DNA of 63,766 nt, counting the filler, from Basidioascus undulatus (lineage: Eukaryota), in NCBI GenBank assembly GCA_000826855.1. It is 7 parts of 7 records of this genome, joined end to end, with 100 filler letters (N's around TTAATTAATTAA, not from the genome) between each part and the next. Parts side by side here need not be neighbours in the genome. Positions count along the whole stretch, not along the records: positions 57,716 to 63,766 come from JTLS01001817.1; 6 more parts are not named here. The stretch is one strand, 5' to 3'. This document shows positions 62,611-63,766 of the stretch, in pieces. The notes under the pieces were generated by a model, which saw nothing but the letters and a program-made list of their open reading frames with translations, was not told where the DNA came from and ran no database searches. The stretch's first letter is position 1. Every line of letters starts with the position of its first letter. The translations under genes were made by a program, and so were the position numbers.

Positions 62611-63766
62611 TAAGAACTCTCCCGTCCGTCGCTCCCCCTTTCCCCCTCCTCGCCGGCCAACACACACAGCCGCTCCTCGTGGGCCGATAGATACAGCGTA
62701 CTGGGACCGCCTCGGGCTGCAGCGAAGCCTGAGCGCGGGGCACCGGCCGAGGGGCGGGGGGCGGCTGTGGAGCAGTGGGAGCGGAAGAGCGGGCGGGGCG
62801 GTCGGTGTTGGTGAGCAAGGCGTGCTGGGATAGAGGTGTACGTGAGGCGGCGGAGTTTAGACGACGTAGTGAAGGGAGGGAGGAATTGCACTGGATGCAT
62901 GACGAGAAAACGGTATCCTTACTCTCACTAGGCTTTTCGAGGGCCTTGTTAGGGTGCACACGTTGGCGCTGGCTCGCTCTTTCGTACGAGAAATCCAACG
63001 CAACGATAGAACAGAGAACGAATCGAAGCGTTCAAGTTGGACAAAGAGGCGGTGCGTCGTTTCCTCATCGGCCGCTCCTCCATGAGTCGCTCTTCGACCA
63101 CGGCAAAGCGGACGACAGGCTGACTCTCCGACTCTAGCAGGTCACGACATCCGTTTTGGGAGCAAGTCGAACGTCGATCCGTATTCGACCTATTGGATCT
63201 TGCTCGGGCTTTCTCCCGTCTGCTCACCTTCCTTTCTCCTGCCCGTCCGCCAGCTCTTCGACCCCTTCGACCCTCGCTATTCCCGCGCTCGTCTTCGATC
63301 GAACACCTCTCTCCTTCTGTCAAGTCCACTTCAAACTGCTTGGCCATGCCCCATGAACGCCTCTTTGCCCATCGCCTCTCAACGCCAGCCGGCCGCTTCG
63401 TGACTCAGACTGACCCCTAGCACGCGCCCTCGCGTCCGCAGACCCCCTTCCCCTGGTCTCACAAATCAATGGAGGCCCTGACGACTTACCTCTGCGTCCG
63501 TTTCAGCGGACGGTCCGGTCAGGACCAGCTGGCCATGCTCCTGTCGTCGTCGTCGTCGTCCTCATTCTCATTCTCATCCTCACCTCCCCATCCCTCGGCA
63601 ACGATCGAATCGCTCACCGCCCATCTACTAATCGCTACTAACACCAACTATATTAGTTCCTTAATCTAATTTTCCCCGTCGAACCAATAATCCACCAAAC
63701 ACCTCCCTATCTCCTTCCCTCTGAAACTGACGCTGTGGAACGTAACAGACAGCGGACCAGTTTCTG

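Overview
Eukaryotic, intron-dense fungal DNA, most likely a basidiomycete: GT(A/G/C)-AG introns of roughly 50-90 nt with CTGAC/CTAAC-type branch points, and very GC-rich coding exons. The window is not one locus. It is seven contigs joined by artificial N44-TTAATTAATTAA-N44 linkers, so adjacency across gaps is uninformative. Recognisable genes are DUG2 (WD40 + M20 peptidase), a histidine phosphatase, a PhyH-like dioxygenase, a disrupted CE2/SGNH esterase, two AA9-type LPMOs, proteasome beta-6 and beta-3 subunits, a 3' fragment of GPI13, a DHHC palmitoyltransferase, a purple acid phosphatase, a DUF3295 protein, a Gre2-like reductase, carnitine acetyltransferase, a divergent H2A/H2B pair, a SANTA-domain (KNL2/M18BP1-like) protein, kynurenine 3-monooxygenase, a DUF6593-like protein, a secreted Glu/Lys/Pro-repeat protein, an SDR, a DnaJ protein, a degenerate F-box gene and a YbjQ-like gene. 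No RNA genes, CRISPR arrays or clear transposons were seen. I did not find a clearly novel multi-gene system. The best leads are the SANTA-domain protein, the plant-PRP-like secreted repeat protein, the AA9 with a C-terminal CX6C-X11-CX6C module, and two start codons that appear to be split by introns. Gene models were spliced by eye and family calls come from motif recognition, not database searches.
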